Positions 1 through 9,651 of a DNA stretch of 41,820 nt are shown here, one piece after another. Every line of letters begins with the position of its first letter. Position 1 is the first letter of the stretch. This DNA is from Streptomyces sp. (GTDB lineage: Bacteria > Actinomycetota > Actinomycetes > Streptomycetales > Streptomycetaceae), in NCBI RefSeq assembly GCF_050698815.1, contig NZ_JBOHCV010000385.1:1-41820 (forward strand). Direction: 5' to 3'. The notes below the pieces were generated by a model. The model saw only the letters and a list, made by a program, of their open reading frames with translations, was not told the origin of the DNA and ran no database searches. A program made the position numbers and the translations under genes.

Positions 1-1028
1 GCCTCGGCCGCCGCCGCCAGCCGCCCGGCCATGTCCGCGGCCGTCCGCTCCAGTTCGCGGCGGCCGAGCACGGCGGTGGGCAGCGCGTCGGCGAGACCCG
101 TGTGCACCTCGGCGGTGGCGCGGCCCAGACCGCGCGCCTCGTCGGTGAAGTCGCGCCGGCCGGCGAGGGCGTTCAGGGCGAGCTGCCAGCCGTCCCGGCA
201 GCCGTCAAGGAACGGCTGCAGGACGCCGAGCGTCAGCGGAGCCGACGCGTCGCCAGCCCCCGTCTCCGCCTCGAAGCACGCCGTCGCCTCGAACCACGCC
301 GTTGGCGCCGGCACCCGGTCGGAGCCAAGCCGGGCGAGCGCGAGCGGCAGCTCGAGATCGGGGTTGATCCCGCGCTCCACGCGGCGGAAGAGCTTGAGGA
401 TGCACGTACTGCCGTAGACCACCGAGGAGTTCGACTGCTCCGCGGCCAGCGGGCGGGCCGGCAGCCCGGCCGGGATGACGGTCTCCTCGTCCGGCCCGTG
501 CCGGAAGCGGAGCGTGCCGAGCCGTCCGGGGACGCGCAGCCGCTCCAGCAGCACCCCGGCCAGTCGCGGGTCGTGCAGCGCCTCGTAGACGGTACGGCCG
601 CGCAGCGGACCCGCGGACGGGCGGCCGATCAGCGAGGGCGCCAGCTCGGGCGGCAGGACGTCCCGTACCCCGAGCAGGAGTTGATAGCAGTCGGCCGCAT
701 CGTCGGCACGGGCCTCCGGGGGCTCCGTCGCGGCGGCCGGCACCACTGCCGCGCCGGCACCGGGCTGCCGCGCCCGTACCAGCAGGTGCAGCAGCCCCGC
801 TGTCGCTCCGTCGGCCGGGCAGGGCAGCAGCTCGGCCGCCGCGACGAGGCCGAACCCGCTGACCGGACGGCCCTTGCCGGCGAACCAGCGCTGCCGGGGA
901 AGCCAGTCGGCCAGCAGCGGCGCGAGGGAGTCGAGCAGGTCGGCACCGTAGGGGCGGGGAACCGGCAGGACCGGCCGGACCGGCAGGACCGGCGGGCCCG
1001 CCGCGGGGGACAAGGCGCTTTCCGGCAC
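1..1028 (-). CDS. mak: Maltokinase (Pep2/Mak), 3' end runs off the window
   Basis: Not in the ORF track. Manual translation from GTG at 1028 gives MPESALSP...LLDSLAPLLADWLPRQRWFAGKG, and the same frame at the left edge gives TLGVLQPFLDGCRDGWQLAL...LGRATAEVHTGLADALP, typical of maltokinase. It lies directly downstream of treS. Confidence 0.9.
   Translation of the reverse strand, partial: MPESALSPAAGPPVLPVRPVLPVPRPYGADLLDSLAPLLADWLPRQRWFAGKGRPVSGFGLVAAAELLPCPADGATAGLLHLLVRARQPGAGAAVVPAAATEPPEARADDAADCYQLLLGVRDVLPPELAPSLIGRPSAGPLRGRTVYEALHDPRLAGVLLERLRVPGRLGTLRFRHGPDEETVIPAGLPARPLAAEQSNSSVVYGSTCILKLFRRVERGINPDLELPLALARLGSDRVPAPTAWFEATACFEAETGAGDASAPLTLGVLQPFLDGCRDGWQLALNALAGRRDFTDEARGLGRATAEVHTGLADALPTAVLGRRELERTAADMAGRLAAAAE
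962..997. repeat. Four imperfect 9-bp tandem units (ccggcagga/ccggccgga) encoding PVLPVRPVLP in the Mak N-terminus
   Basis: Read directly from the sequence. Confidence 0.7.
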
Positions 1029-1032
1029 GCCG

Positions 1033-2763
1033 TCACCCGGCGGCCGCGGAGGCCGGCTGTTGGCGCAGCCGGAACCAGTAGAAGCCGTGCCCCGCCAGCG
1101 TCAGCAGGTACGGCCACTCGCCGATCGGCGGGAAGCGCACACCGCCGATGAGTTCCACCGGCGCCCGTCCCGCGAAGGTCCGCAGGTCCAGCTCGGTGGG
1201 CTGCGGGAAGCGGGAGAAGTTGTTCACGCACATCACCAGGTCGTCGCCGCCGTCCGGCAGTTTCACCTCGCGCAGGTAGGCGAGCACGGCCGGGTTGGAG
1301 GAGGGCAGTTCGGTGTACGTGCCGAGTCCGAAGGCCGGGTTCTGCTTACGGATCTCCACCATCCGCCGCGTCCAGTGCAGCAGCGAACTCGGCGAGCTCA
1401 TCGCCGCCTCCACGTTGGTGACCTGGTAGCCGTGCACCGGGTCCATGATCGCGGGCAGGAAGAGCCGGCCGGGATCGCAGGAGGAGAAGCCCGCGTTGCG
1501 GTCCGGCGTCCACTGCATCGGCGTCCGTACCGCGTCCCGGTCGCCGAGCCAGATGTTGTCGCCCATCCCGATCTCGTCCCCGTAATAGAGGATCGGCGAG
1601 CCGGGCAGCGAGAGCAGCAGCGCGGTGAACAGCTCGATCTGGTCGCGGTCGTTGTCCAGCAGGGTCGCCAGCCGCCGCCGGATGCCGATGTTGGCGCGCA
1701 TCCGCGGGTCCTTGGCGTACTCCGCGTACATGTAGTCGCGCTCTTCGTCGGTGACCATCTCCAGCGTCAGCTCGTCGTGGTTGCGCAGGAAGATGCCCCA
1801 CTGGCAGCCGGACGGGATCTGCGGGGTCTTGGCGAGGATCTCCGAGACCGGGTAGCGCGACTCGCGGCGTACGGCCATGAAGATCCGCGGCATCACCGGG
1901 AAGTGGAACGCCATGTGGCACTCGTCGCCGCCCTTGGCGTAGTCGCCGAAGTAGTCGACGACGTCCTCCGGCCACTGGTTGGCCTCGGCGAGCAGGACCG
2001 TGTCGGGGTAGTGGGCGTCGACCTCGGCGCGTACCCGCTTGAGGAAGCCGTGCGAGCGCGGCAGGTTCTCGCAGTTGGTGCCCTCCTCGGCGAAGAGGTA
2101 GGGGACCGCGTCCAGCCGGAAGCCGTCGATGCCCAGGTCCAGCCAGAAGCGCAGGGCGGCGATCATCTCCTCCTGCACGACCGGGTTCTCGTAGTTCAGG
2201 TCGGGCTGGTGGGAGAAGAACCGGTGGAAGTAGTACTGCTTGCGCACCGGGTCGAAGGTCCAGTTGGACGCCTCGGTGTCGACGAAGATGATCCGGGCGT
2301 CCGGGTACCGGGTGTCCTTCTCGTCCCAGACGTAGTAGTCGCCGTAGGGACCCTCGGGGTCGCTGCGGGACTCCTGGAACCAGTGGTGCTGGTCGCTGGT
2401 GTGGTTCATCACCATGTCGATGATGATCCGCATGCCCCGCTGGTGCGCGGCGTCGACGAACTCGACGAAGTCCGCCAGGTCCCCGAACTCCGGCAGCACC
2501 GCGGTGTAGTCGGCGACGTCGTAACCGCCGTCACGCAGAGGTGAGGTGAAGAAGGGCGGCAGCCACAGGCAGTCGACGCCCAGCCACTGGAGATAGTCCA
2601 GTTTGGAGGTGAGGCCCTTCAGGTCTCCGACGCCGTCACCGTTGCTGTCCTGGAACGAGCGGACCAGGACCTCGTAGAAGACCGCACGCTTGAACCATTC
2701 CGGGTCGCGGTCCCGTGCGGGGGTGTCCTCGAAGGTGTCGGGGACGGGATCGTTGACGCTCAT
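1033..2763 (-). CDS. treS: Trehalose synthase / maltose alpha-D-glucosyltransferase (GH13)
   Basis: [55 protein letters not shown] and [11 protein letters not shown] motifs; sits in the glgE-treS-mak operon. Confidence 0.97.
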   Translation of the reverse strand: MSVNDPVPDTFEDTPARDRDPEWFKRAVFYEVLVRSFQDSNGDGVGDLKGLTSKLDYLQWLGVDCLWLPPFFTSPLRDGGYDVADYTAVLPEFGDLADFVEFVDAAHQRGMRIIIDMVMNHTSDQHHWFQESRSDPEGPYGDYYVWDEKDTRYPDARIIFVDTEASNWTFDPVRKQYYFHRFFSHQPDLNYENPVVQEEMIAALRFWLDLGIDGFRLDAVPYLFAEEGTNCENLPRSHGFLKRVRAEVDAHYPDTVLLAEANQWPEDVVDYFGDYAKGGDECHMAFHFPVMPRIFMAVRRESRYPVSEILAKTPQIPSGCQWGIFLRNHDELTLEMVTDEERDYMYAEYAKDPRMRANIGIRRRLATLLDNDRDQIELFTALLLSLPGSPILYYGDEIGMGDNIWLGDRDAVRTPMQWTPDRNAGFSSCDPGRLFLPAIMDPVHGYQVTNVEAAMSSPSSLLHWTRRMVEIRKQNPAFGLGTYTELPSSNPAVLAYLREVKLPDGGDDLVMCVNNFSRFPQPTELDLRTFAGRAPVELIGGVRFPPIGEWPYLLTLAGHGFYWFRLRQQPASAAAG

Positions 2764-4826
2764 GAGTGGGTGACCCTCCGCTCTGCTCGGTGAGGTCGCA
2801 GGGTGAGGATGTGCGCGGCGGTGGCGGGGGGGCCGGAGCCGGTGCCGGGGTCACCGCCCGGCGTGAGGCGCACGTAGTTGGCCCTGCCCCAGTGATAGGT
2901 CTCGCCGGTGAGCTCGTCGCGCACCGGGAAGGACTCGGCCCCGCTCGTCACGGCGGCGGAGAGACCGAATCTCACAAGATCCGACGGATCCAGCGACACC
3001 GTCGCCTCGTGGGTGTGATGCGGGTCGAGGTTGACCACGACCACGACCGTGTCCGTACCGGTGTCCGGCTGGACGCAGGTCTTGGAGTACGCGATCACCT
3101 GGTCGTTGTCGGTGTGGTGGAAGGTGAGCGAGCGCAGCTGCCGGAGCGCCGGGTGGCTGCGGCGCAGCCGGTTGAGGTCGCCGATCAACGGCGCGATCGA
3201 GGCGCCGGAGCGCTCGGCGGCGGCCCAGTCGCGGGGGCGCAGCTGGTACTTCTCCGAGTCCAGGTACTCCTCGCCGTCCGGCCGCAGCGCGTCGGCTTCG
3301 CACAGCTCGTAGCCGGCGTACACGCCCCAGGTCGGGGAGAGCGTCGCGGCCAGCACGGCGCGCGTCTGGAAGGCGGCCCGCCCGCCCCGCTGGAGGCCGG
3401 CGGGCAGGATGTCGGGGGTGTTGACGAAGAAGTTCGGACGCATGTACGCGGCGGCCTCGCCCGTCAGCTCCGTCAGATAGCCGGTCAGCTCCTCCTTGGA
3501 ATCGCGCCAGGTGAAGTAGGTGTAGGACTGCTGGAAACCGGCCTTGGCCAGGGTGTGCATCATCGCGGGCCGGGTGAAGGCCTCGGCGAGGAAGAGCACA
3601 TCGGGGTCGGTGCGGTTGATCTCCGCGATGACCTTCTCCCAGAACACCACCGGCTTGGTGTGCGGGTTGTCGACACGGAAGATCCGCACGCCGCGCGCCA
3701 TCCACAGGCGCAGCAGGCGCAGCGTCTCGCGCAGCAGGCTCCAGTACGCGGACGGGTCGCCGTCGAAGTCGAGCGGATGGATGTCCTGGTACTTCTTCGG
3801 CGGGTTCTCCGCGTGGGCGATGCTGCCGTCGGCGCGCTGCCGGAACCACTCCGGGTGCTCCTTGATCCATGGGTGGTCGGGCGAGCACTGCAACGCGAAG
3901 TCGAGCGCCACCTCCAGCCCCAGCGACCGCGCGCGCCGCACGAAGTAGCCGAAGTCCTCCGGGGTGCCCAGATCCGGATGGAGCGCGTCGTGACCGCCCG
4001 CCGCCGAGCCGATCGCCCAGGGGGAGCCGACGTCGTGCGGGCCGGCGGACAGCGCGTTGTTCGGACCTTTGCGGAAGGTGTCCCCGATGGGGTGCACCGG
4101 CGGCAGGTAGACGACGTCGAAACCCATCGCCGCTACCGCATCCAGCCGCGCGGCGGCGGTGCGGAAGGTGCCGGAGACGGGCGGCTCGCCCTCGGTGACC
4201 ACGGCGCCCTCGGAGCGCGGGAACATCTCGTACCAGGACCCGAACAGGGCGCGCTCCCGCTCCACTTGGAGCGTCAGCGGGCGGGTCGCGGAGACCAGCT
4301 CGCGCAGCGGGTGCCGGTTCAGCACGGCAGTGACCTCCGGGGTCAGGGCCGCCGACAGCCGCGCCGCGATGGTGCGGGTCGTGTCGCGGAGCCCGGCCAC
4401 CGCGCCCAGCACCACCGTACGGTCCACGCTCCTGGGCACCCCGGCCGCCGCCCGCTCGTGCAGGACCGCGCCCTCCTCCAGCGTCAGTTCGGTGTCGACG
4501 CCGGCCGGAATCCTGGCCTTCGCCTGCTGCCGCCAGGTGCCGACCGGATCGCCCCACGCCTCCACGGCGTAGGTCCATCTGCCCTCGCTGTCCGGCGTGA
4601 CCTCGGCTCCCCAGCGATCGGTGCCGGGGGCCAGTTCGGACATGGGCGTCCAGGGGCCGGAGCGTCCGGTGGGGTCACGCAGTACGACGTTGGCGCCGAC
4701 CGCGTCATGGCCCTCGCGGAAGACGGTGGCCGAGACGAGGAAGGTCTCGCCCGGCACGGCCTTGGCCGGGTGACGTCCGCAGTCGACGAGCGGCTGGACG
4801 TCGAGGACGGGGATGCGTCCGATCAT
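2760..4826 (-). CDS. glgE: Alpha-1,4-glucan:maltose-1-phosphate maltosyltransferase
   Basis: Conserved start [12 protein letters not shown] (ATG at 4826) and motifs [39 protein letters not shown]. Its stop overlaps the treS start (ATGA). Confidence 0.96.
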   Translation of the reverse strand: MIGRIPVLDVQPLVDCGRHPAKAVPGETFLVSATVFREGHDAVGANVVLRDPTGRSGPWTPMSELAPGTDRWGAEVTPDSEGRWTYAVEAWGDPVGTWRQQAKARIPAGVDTELTLEEGAVLHERAAAGVPRSVDRTVVLGAVAGLRDTTRTIAARLSAALTPEVTAVLNRHPLRELVSATRPLTLQVERERALFGSWYEMFPRSEGAVVTEGEPPVSGTFRTAAARLDAVAAMGFDVVYLPPVHPIGDTFRKGPNNALSAGPHDVGSPWAIGSAAGGHDALHPDLGTPEDFGYFVRRARSLGLEVALDFALQCSPDHPWIKEHPEWFRQRADGSIAHAENPPKKYQDIHPLDFDGDPSAYWSLLRETLRLLRLWMARGVRIFRVDNPHTKPVVFWEKVIAEINRTDPDVLFLAEAFTRPAMMHTLAKAGFQQSYTYFTWRDSKEELTGYLTELTGEAAAYMRPNFFVNTPDILPAGLQRGGRAAFQTRAVLAATLSPTWGVYAGYELCEADALRPDGEEYLDSEKYQLRPRDWAAAERSGASIAPLIGDLNRLRRSHPALRQLRSLTFHHTDNDQVIAYSKTCVQPDTGTDTVVVVVNLDPHHTHEATVSLDPSDLVRFGLSAAVTSGAESFPVRDELTGETYHWGRANYVRLTPGGDPGTGSGPPATAAHILTLRPHRAERRVTHS

Positions 4827-5116
4827 GGGCTCACCTGTGTGCGTTGCGGGAGAGGCGGGCGTTTTGCGGGCTTCCGCCCGTTCTATCTGCTCCGCCTGCC
4901 GCATCCGTGTTGCGCACACGGGGCCCCGGTGCGCGTCACCCGCCCGGGGGCGTGCGACGCGCATCCGGGCCGGGCCGTCGGCCGCATGCCCCAGGCCTCG
5001 GGGAGCACCGGGAGGACTGCGGTGGAGGCCGGGACGATTAGCCCAGATCGGGGTGGACATCACACGGAAGGCGGGTGAATCTCCGCAATGTGTCCGGGCG
5101 TCGATACGGTCGCAGC

Positions 5117-7699
5117 GTGAAGGCCATTCGTCGTTTCTCCGTGCATCCCGTCCTTCCCGAACCCCTACGTCCGCTCAGTGAACTGGCCCGCAATCTGCGC
5201 TGGTCCTGGCACCCCGAGACCCGTCAGCTCTTCCGGTCGGCCGACCCGGACGGCTGGCAGGCGGCGGACGGCGACCCCGTCCGGCTGCTCGGCTCCGTCG
5301 CGCCGGAGCGGCTCGCGCAGCTGGCGGCCGACAGAGGCTTCCTGCGGCGGCTCGCCGTCGTCAGCGGCGACCTGCACGACTATCTGGCGGAGCCGCGCTG
5401 GTACCAGGAGGAGTCCGGGAGCGGCGACCTGCCGCAGGCGGTCGCCTACTTCTCCCCGGAGTTCGGGCTCACCGGTGCGCTGCCCCAGTACTCCGGCGGC
5501 CTCGGCATCCTCGCCGGCGACCACCTCAAGGCGGCCAGTGACCTGGGCGTTCCGCTGATCGGGGTGGGACTGCTCTACCGGCACGGGTACTTCCGGCAGA
5601 GCCTGTCCCGGGACGGCTGGCAGCAGGAGCACTACCCCGTACTGGACCCCAACGAGCTGCCGCTGCAACTGCTGCGTGAGGACGACGGCACGCCCGTGGT
5701 GGTCGCGCTCCGGCTGCCCGCCGGGCGTTCGCTGCGCGCGCACGTCTGGCAGGCGCGGGTGGGGCGGGTGCCGCTGCTGCTGCTCGACTCCGACATGGAG
5801 GACAACGCCCAGCGGGAACGCGACGTCACCGACCGGCTCTACGGCGGCGGCAGTGAGCACCGGCTGCTGCAGGAGATGCTGCTCGGCATCGGCGGGGTGC
5901 GGGCGCTGCGCGCGTACTGCCGGCTGACGGGCCATCCCGAGCCGGAGGTCTTCCACACCAACGAGGGACATGCCGGCTTCCTCGGGCTGGAGCGCATCCG
6001 CGAACTGGGGGATCAGGGGCTCGAATTCGCGAGCGCGCTGGAGGCGGTGCGGGCCGGCAACGTCTTCACGACACACACGCCCGTGCCGGCCGGCATCGAC
6101 CGGTTCGACCGCGAGCTCGTCGCCCGGCACTTCGGCGAGGACGGCGAACTGGCCGGGATCGCCACGGACGACCTGCTGGCGCTGGGCACCGAGAACTACC
6201 CGGGCGGTGAGCCCGGCCTGTTCAACATGGCCGTGATGGGGCTGCGGCTGGCGCAGCGCGCCAACGGCGTGAGCACCCTGCACGGCTCCGTCAGCCGCGA
6301 GATGTTCGCGGGCCTGTGGCCGGGCTTCGACCCGGCCGAGGTCCCCATCACCTCGGTCACCAACGGCGTGCACGCCGCGACCTGGCAGGCCCCCGAGGTG
6401 CCGGCCGACGCCGCCCGGCTGCCGGACGCCGGGCTGTGGGAGCTGCGGCGCACCCTGCGCGAGCAGCTGGTGCAGCAGGTACGGACGCGGCTGCACGCCT
6501 CCTGGCGTGAGCGCGGCGCCGCGCAGGCCGAACTCGGCTGGGTGGACGGGGTGTTCGACCCGGATGTGCTGACGATCGGCTTCGCCCGCAGAGTGCCCTC
6601 CTACAAGCGGCTCACTCTCATGCTGCGCGACCGGGACCGGCTGCGGGACCTGCTGCTCAACCCGGACCGCCCGGTCCAGATCGTGGTGGCGGGCAAGGCG
6701 CACCCGGCCGACGACGGCGGCAAGCGGCTGATCCAGGAGCTGGTGCGCTTCGCCGACGATCCGCGTGTGCGCCACCGCATCGTCTTCCTGCCCGACTACG
6801 GCATGGGGATGGCGCAGAAGCTCTACCCCGGGTGCGACGTCTGGCTCAACAACCCGCTGCGGCCACTGGAGGCGTGCGGTACGAGCGGCATGAAGGCAGC
6901 GCTCAACGGCTGCCTCAACCTCTCCGTACGGGACGGCTGGTGGGACGAGTGGTTCGAGCCGGACTTCGGCTGGGCGATCCCCACGGCGGACGGCGAGGCC
7001 GCCGAGGACGAGACGCGGCGCGACGACATCGAGGCGGCGGCGCTCTACGAACTGCTCGAGGATCACGTCGCGCCCTGCTTCTACGACCGGGGTGCGGGCG
7101 GCAACGGCGTGCCTGAGCGGTGGGTCGAGATGGTGCGGCAGACCCTCAACCGGCTCTGCCCCAAGGTGCTGGCCGGCCGGATGGTGCGCGAGTACACCCA
7201 CCGGCTGTACGCTCCCGCCGCCCGCGCCCAGCGCGAGCTGACCCCCGAGGCTGCCCGCGACCTGGCGGCCTGGAAGGCGCGGGTGCGTGCGGAGTGGCCA
7301 CGGGTGGCGGTCGACCACGTCGAGGCGGCCGGTGATGTGGGTGACGCGCTGGAGATGGGTTCCTGTCTGGCGCTGCGGGTGCGGGTGGCGCTGGGGGCAC
7401 TGGAACCCGGTGATGTGGAGGTGCAGGCCGTGGCGGGCCGGGTCGACGCGGCGGACCGGATCGCGGGCGCCGACGCGGTGCGCGTACCGCTGAAGCCGAC
7501 GGGCGGTCCGGACATGGAGGGGCGCTGGCTCTACGAGGGGCCGCTGGCGCTCGACCGTACCGGCGCCTTCGGGTACACCGTGCGGGTGCTGGCCGCGCAT
7601 CGGCAGCCGGCCGCCGGGGGCGCCGAACTCGGCCTGGTCGCCGCCCCGCCGGAGGACGGCCCGGCCGCCGGGACGGCGGCGGGAGTGCTGACGCGGTGA
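5117..7699 (+). CDS. glgP: Alpha-glucan (glycogen) phosphorylase
   Basis: Conserved start MKAIRRF (GTG at 5117); YSGGLGILAGDHLK, NEGHAGF, GFARRVPSYKR and the PLP-lysine motif EACGTSGMKA. Divergent from glgE. Confidence 0.96.
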   Translation: MKAIRRFSVHPVLPEPLRPLSELARNLRWSWHPETRQLFRSADPDGWQAADGDPVRLLGSVAPERLAQLAADRGFLRRLAVVSGDLHDYLAEPRWYQEESGSGDLPQAVAYFSPEFGLTGALPQYSGGLGILAGDHLKAASDLGVPLIGVGLLYRHGYFRQSLSRDGWQQEHYPVLDPNELPLQLLREDDGTPVVVALRLPAGRSLRAHVWQARVGRVPLLLLDSDMEDNAQRERDVTDRLYGGGSEHRLLQEMLLGIGGVRALRAYCRLTGHPEPEVFHTNEGHAGFLGLERIRELGDQGLEFASALEAVRAGNVFTTHTPVPAGIDRFDRELVARHFGEDGELAGIATDDLLALGTENYPGGEPGLFNMAVMGLRLAQRANGVSTLHGSVSREMFAGLWPGFDPAEVPITSVTNGVHAATWQAPEVPADAARLPDAGLWELRRTLREQLVQQVRTRLHASWRERGAAQAELGWVDGVFDPDVLTIGFARRVPSYKRLTLMLRDRDRLRDLLLNPDRPVQIVVAGKAHPADDGGKRLIQELVRFADDPRVRHRIVFLPDYGMGMAQKLYPGCDVWLNNPLRPLEACGTSGMKAALNGCLNLSVRDGWWDEWFEPDFGWAIPTADGEAAEDETRRDDIEAAALYELLEDHVAPCFYDRGAGGNGVPERWVEMVRQTLNRLCPKVLAGRMVREYTHRLYAPAARAQRELTPEAARDLAAWKARVRAEWPRVAVDHVEAAGDVGDALEMGSCLALRVRVALGALEPGDVEVQAVAGRVDAADRIAGADAVRVPLKPTGGPDMEGRWLYEGPLALDRTGAFGYTVRVLAAHRQPAAGGAELGLVAAPPEDGPAAGTAAGVLTR

Positions 7700-7708
7700 G
7701 AACGACGA

Positions 7709-7814
7709 GGGGGCGGGTGCCGCGGCGCCTGAGTGCGCGCGGTGCCCGCCCCGCCGTCCTTCAGCGGTGAGCTGCCTGAGCCGGCTGAGCTGCTTGATCC
7801 GGCTCAGCCGGCTC
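7709..7814. terminator. Two hairpins between the convergent glgP and M4 protease genes
   Basis: An imperfect ggggcgggtgccgcg/cgcggtgcccgcccc stem, and a perfect 13-bp inverted repeat gagccggctgagc (7778-7790) / gctcagccggctc (7802-7814). Confidence 0.65.
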
Positions 7815-7821
7815 GGTCACC

Positions 7822-9423
7822 TCACTTGACTGCGACGGCCGTCCAGGCGGCCTCGACGGCCTTGGACTCGGCGCCGCCGGCGCCGTAGAGGTCGTCGGCG
7901 GCCTTGACCGTCGCCTTACGCGCCTTCGCGTAGTCGGTGTTGGGGTTCATGTTCTCGGTGAGAGCCTTGAACCAGATCGCCTGCGCCTTCTCGATGCCGA
8001 TGCCGGTGAGCGTGGAGCCGTCGGCCGTCGGCGAGTCGTACTGCACGCCGTTGATCTCCTTCGCGCCGCTGCCCTCGGCCAGCAGGTAGAAGAAGTGGTT
8101 GGCGATGCCGGACGAGTAGTGGACGTCGGTGTTCCCGGCGTTGGAGTCCCAGGAGTCGAGCGAGTTGCCGTCCTTGCTCGGCTTGTCCATGTACCGCAGC
8201 GGCGAGCCGTCGCCCCTGATGTCGATGAGCTCGCCGACGAAGTAGTCGGCGACATCGGTGGAGCCGTTGGCGTGGAACTCGGTGGCTGCGGCGAAGATGT
8301 CCGAGGTGGCCTCGTTCAGGCCGCCGGACTCACCGGCGTAGATCAGGCCGGCGGTGGTGGAGGTGACGCCGTGCGTCATCTCGTGGGCCGCCACGTCGAG
8401 GGAGGTGAGCGGCTTCTGGTTGCCCTCACCGTCGCCGTAGGTCATGCAGAAGCAGCTGTCGTCCCAGAAGGCGTTGACGTAGCTGTTGCCGTAGTGGACG
8501 CGGCTGACCGCACCCTTGCCGTCGCCGGCGATGCCCTCGCGGCCGAGGACGTTCTTGTAGAAGTCCCAGGTCGTGGCCGAGCCGAAGTGCGCGTCGACGC
8601 CCGCGGTCTGCGGGTTGCCGGGCTTACCGTCGCCCCACTTGTCGTCGTCGTCGGTGAACTCCTGGCCGCCGCCGCTCTGACCGCCGTTGAGGTTGGTGGT
8701 CTTGTTGCCGCCGCGGGAGGCGTCGGTCAGCGTGAAGGCGCCGGCCGAGCCGGAGGTGCCCAGCTCGACGGAGCCGCTGTACATGCTCTCGCCGGTGCCT
8801 TCCTGGATGCCCTGGAACTCGAAGATCTTCTTGCCGCTGGTGGCGTCGGTGATGACGTGCATCCGGTTCGGGGCGCCGGACTTCTGCGTGCCGCCCTCGA
8901 CCGTCTCCCAGGCCAGTACGGGCTTGCCTTCCATGGCCCAGACGACCTTGCGCGGGGCGACGCTGCCCTTGGCCTTGGGAGTGGCCGGCTTGGCGGCCTT
9001 GCTCGCCTTGGTGCCGACGGCGATGTCGGCCTTGGTGGCCTTGGTGACGCCGGTGTGCTTGCCGGACTTGGACTTGTGCACGATCAGGTCGCCGCCGAGG
9101 ACGGGCAGGCCGTCGAAGGTCCGCACGTAACGGACGTGCGTGGCGCCGTTCTTGTTCTTGACGACGTCCTTGACCCGCAGCTCTTCCTTCGAGCCCAGGC
9201 CGAGCTTCTTGGCGTCCGCCGCCTTGGCGTCGGCCGAGTCGGCCGCCTTGACGAGCTTGGTGTGCTGAGCGGCGGTCAGCTTGACGGGCATGGCGCCCGA
9301 GCCGGCCCCGGAACCCTGCGGGGCGGGGCCGGCGCCGGCCGTCCCCGCGGTGACGCCGGCCACGACGAGGGCGGCGGTGGCGGCGAGGGCGGATATCCGC
9401 TGCTTCTTGGTAATGGATCTCAC
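7822..9423 (-). CDS. Secreted M4 (thermolysin-family) zinc metalloprotease precursor, SgmA/griselysin-like
   Basis: Signal peptide, propeptide (GLPVLGGDLIVH), NAFWD, HEMTH zinc motif, ESGGLNEATSDIF, and DVHYSSG. Confidence 0.93.
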   Translation of the reverse strand: MRSITKKQRISALAATAALVVAGVTAGTAGAGPAPQGSGAGSGAMPVKLTAAQHTKLVKAADSADAKAADAKKLGLGSKEELRVKDVVKNKNGATHVRYVRTFDGLPVLGGDLIVHKSKSGKHTGVTKATKADIAVGTKASKAAKPATPKAKGSVAPRKVVWAMEGKPVLAWETVEGGTQKSGAPNRMHVITDATSGKKIFEFQGIQEGTGESMYSGSVELGTSGSAGAFTLTDASRGGNKTTNLNGGQSGGGQEFTDDDDKWGDGKPGNPQTAGVDAHFGSATTWDFYKNVLGREGIAGDGKGAVSRVHYGNSYVNAFWDDSCFCMTYGDGEGNQKPLTSLDVAAHEMTHGVTSTTAGLIYAGESGGLNEATSDIFAAATEFHANGSTDVADYFVGELIDIRGDGSPLRYMDKPSKDGNSLDSWDSNAGNTDVHYSSGIANHFFYLLAEGSGAKEINGVQYDSPTADGSTLTGIGIEKAQAIWFKALTENMNPNTDYAKARKATVKAADDLYGAGGAESKAVEAAWTAVAVK

Positions 9424-9547
9424 GCGGTGGCTCCTTCTGCCGTGGGGGCCGGACGGCGACGTGGGGCGACCGTCCGGGCAGAACTGTGGAACGGGAATGC
9501 GAATTGACGCGCAACTGTGCGATTGTGCGGATGCGTAAAGCTCGACC

Positions 9548-9613
9548 AGCCTGCCACTGAGAGCGTGTGCATGTCACCGTTGGGGCAACAGGTCTTCACA
9601 GCTTGGCCGGTTT
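9548..9613 (-). promoter_or_regulatory. Putative protease promoter (GTGACA-N18-CAGGCT) with an upstream AdpA-type box
   Basis: Minus-strand -35 at 9572-9577 and -10 at 9548-9553. TGGCCGGTTT at 9604-9613 fits the AdpA consensus TGGCSNGWWY. Confidence 0.45.
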
Positions 9614-9651
9614 TTGTTCGTTGACACGAAGTGCGGGTCCGGATAGCGGAC

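Noticed and set aside
629..1231. 200-aa ORF overlapping the treS stop as a candidate for mak
   Set aside because: Wrong frame; the maltokinase motifs are in the frame starting at GTG 1028.
4827..5063. 79-aa N-terminal extension of GlgE in the ORF track
   Set aside because: The family start is MIGRIP at 4826, and the extension covers the divergent glgE/glgP promoter region.
2766..7600. Long antisense ORFs opposite glgE and glgP (similar ones lie opposite treS, the flavoproteins and the ABC genes)
   Set aside because: Mirror frames caused by GC3 bias; the opposite strand carries the recognisable proteins.
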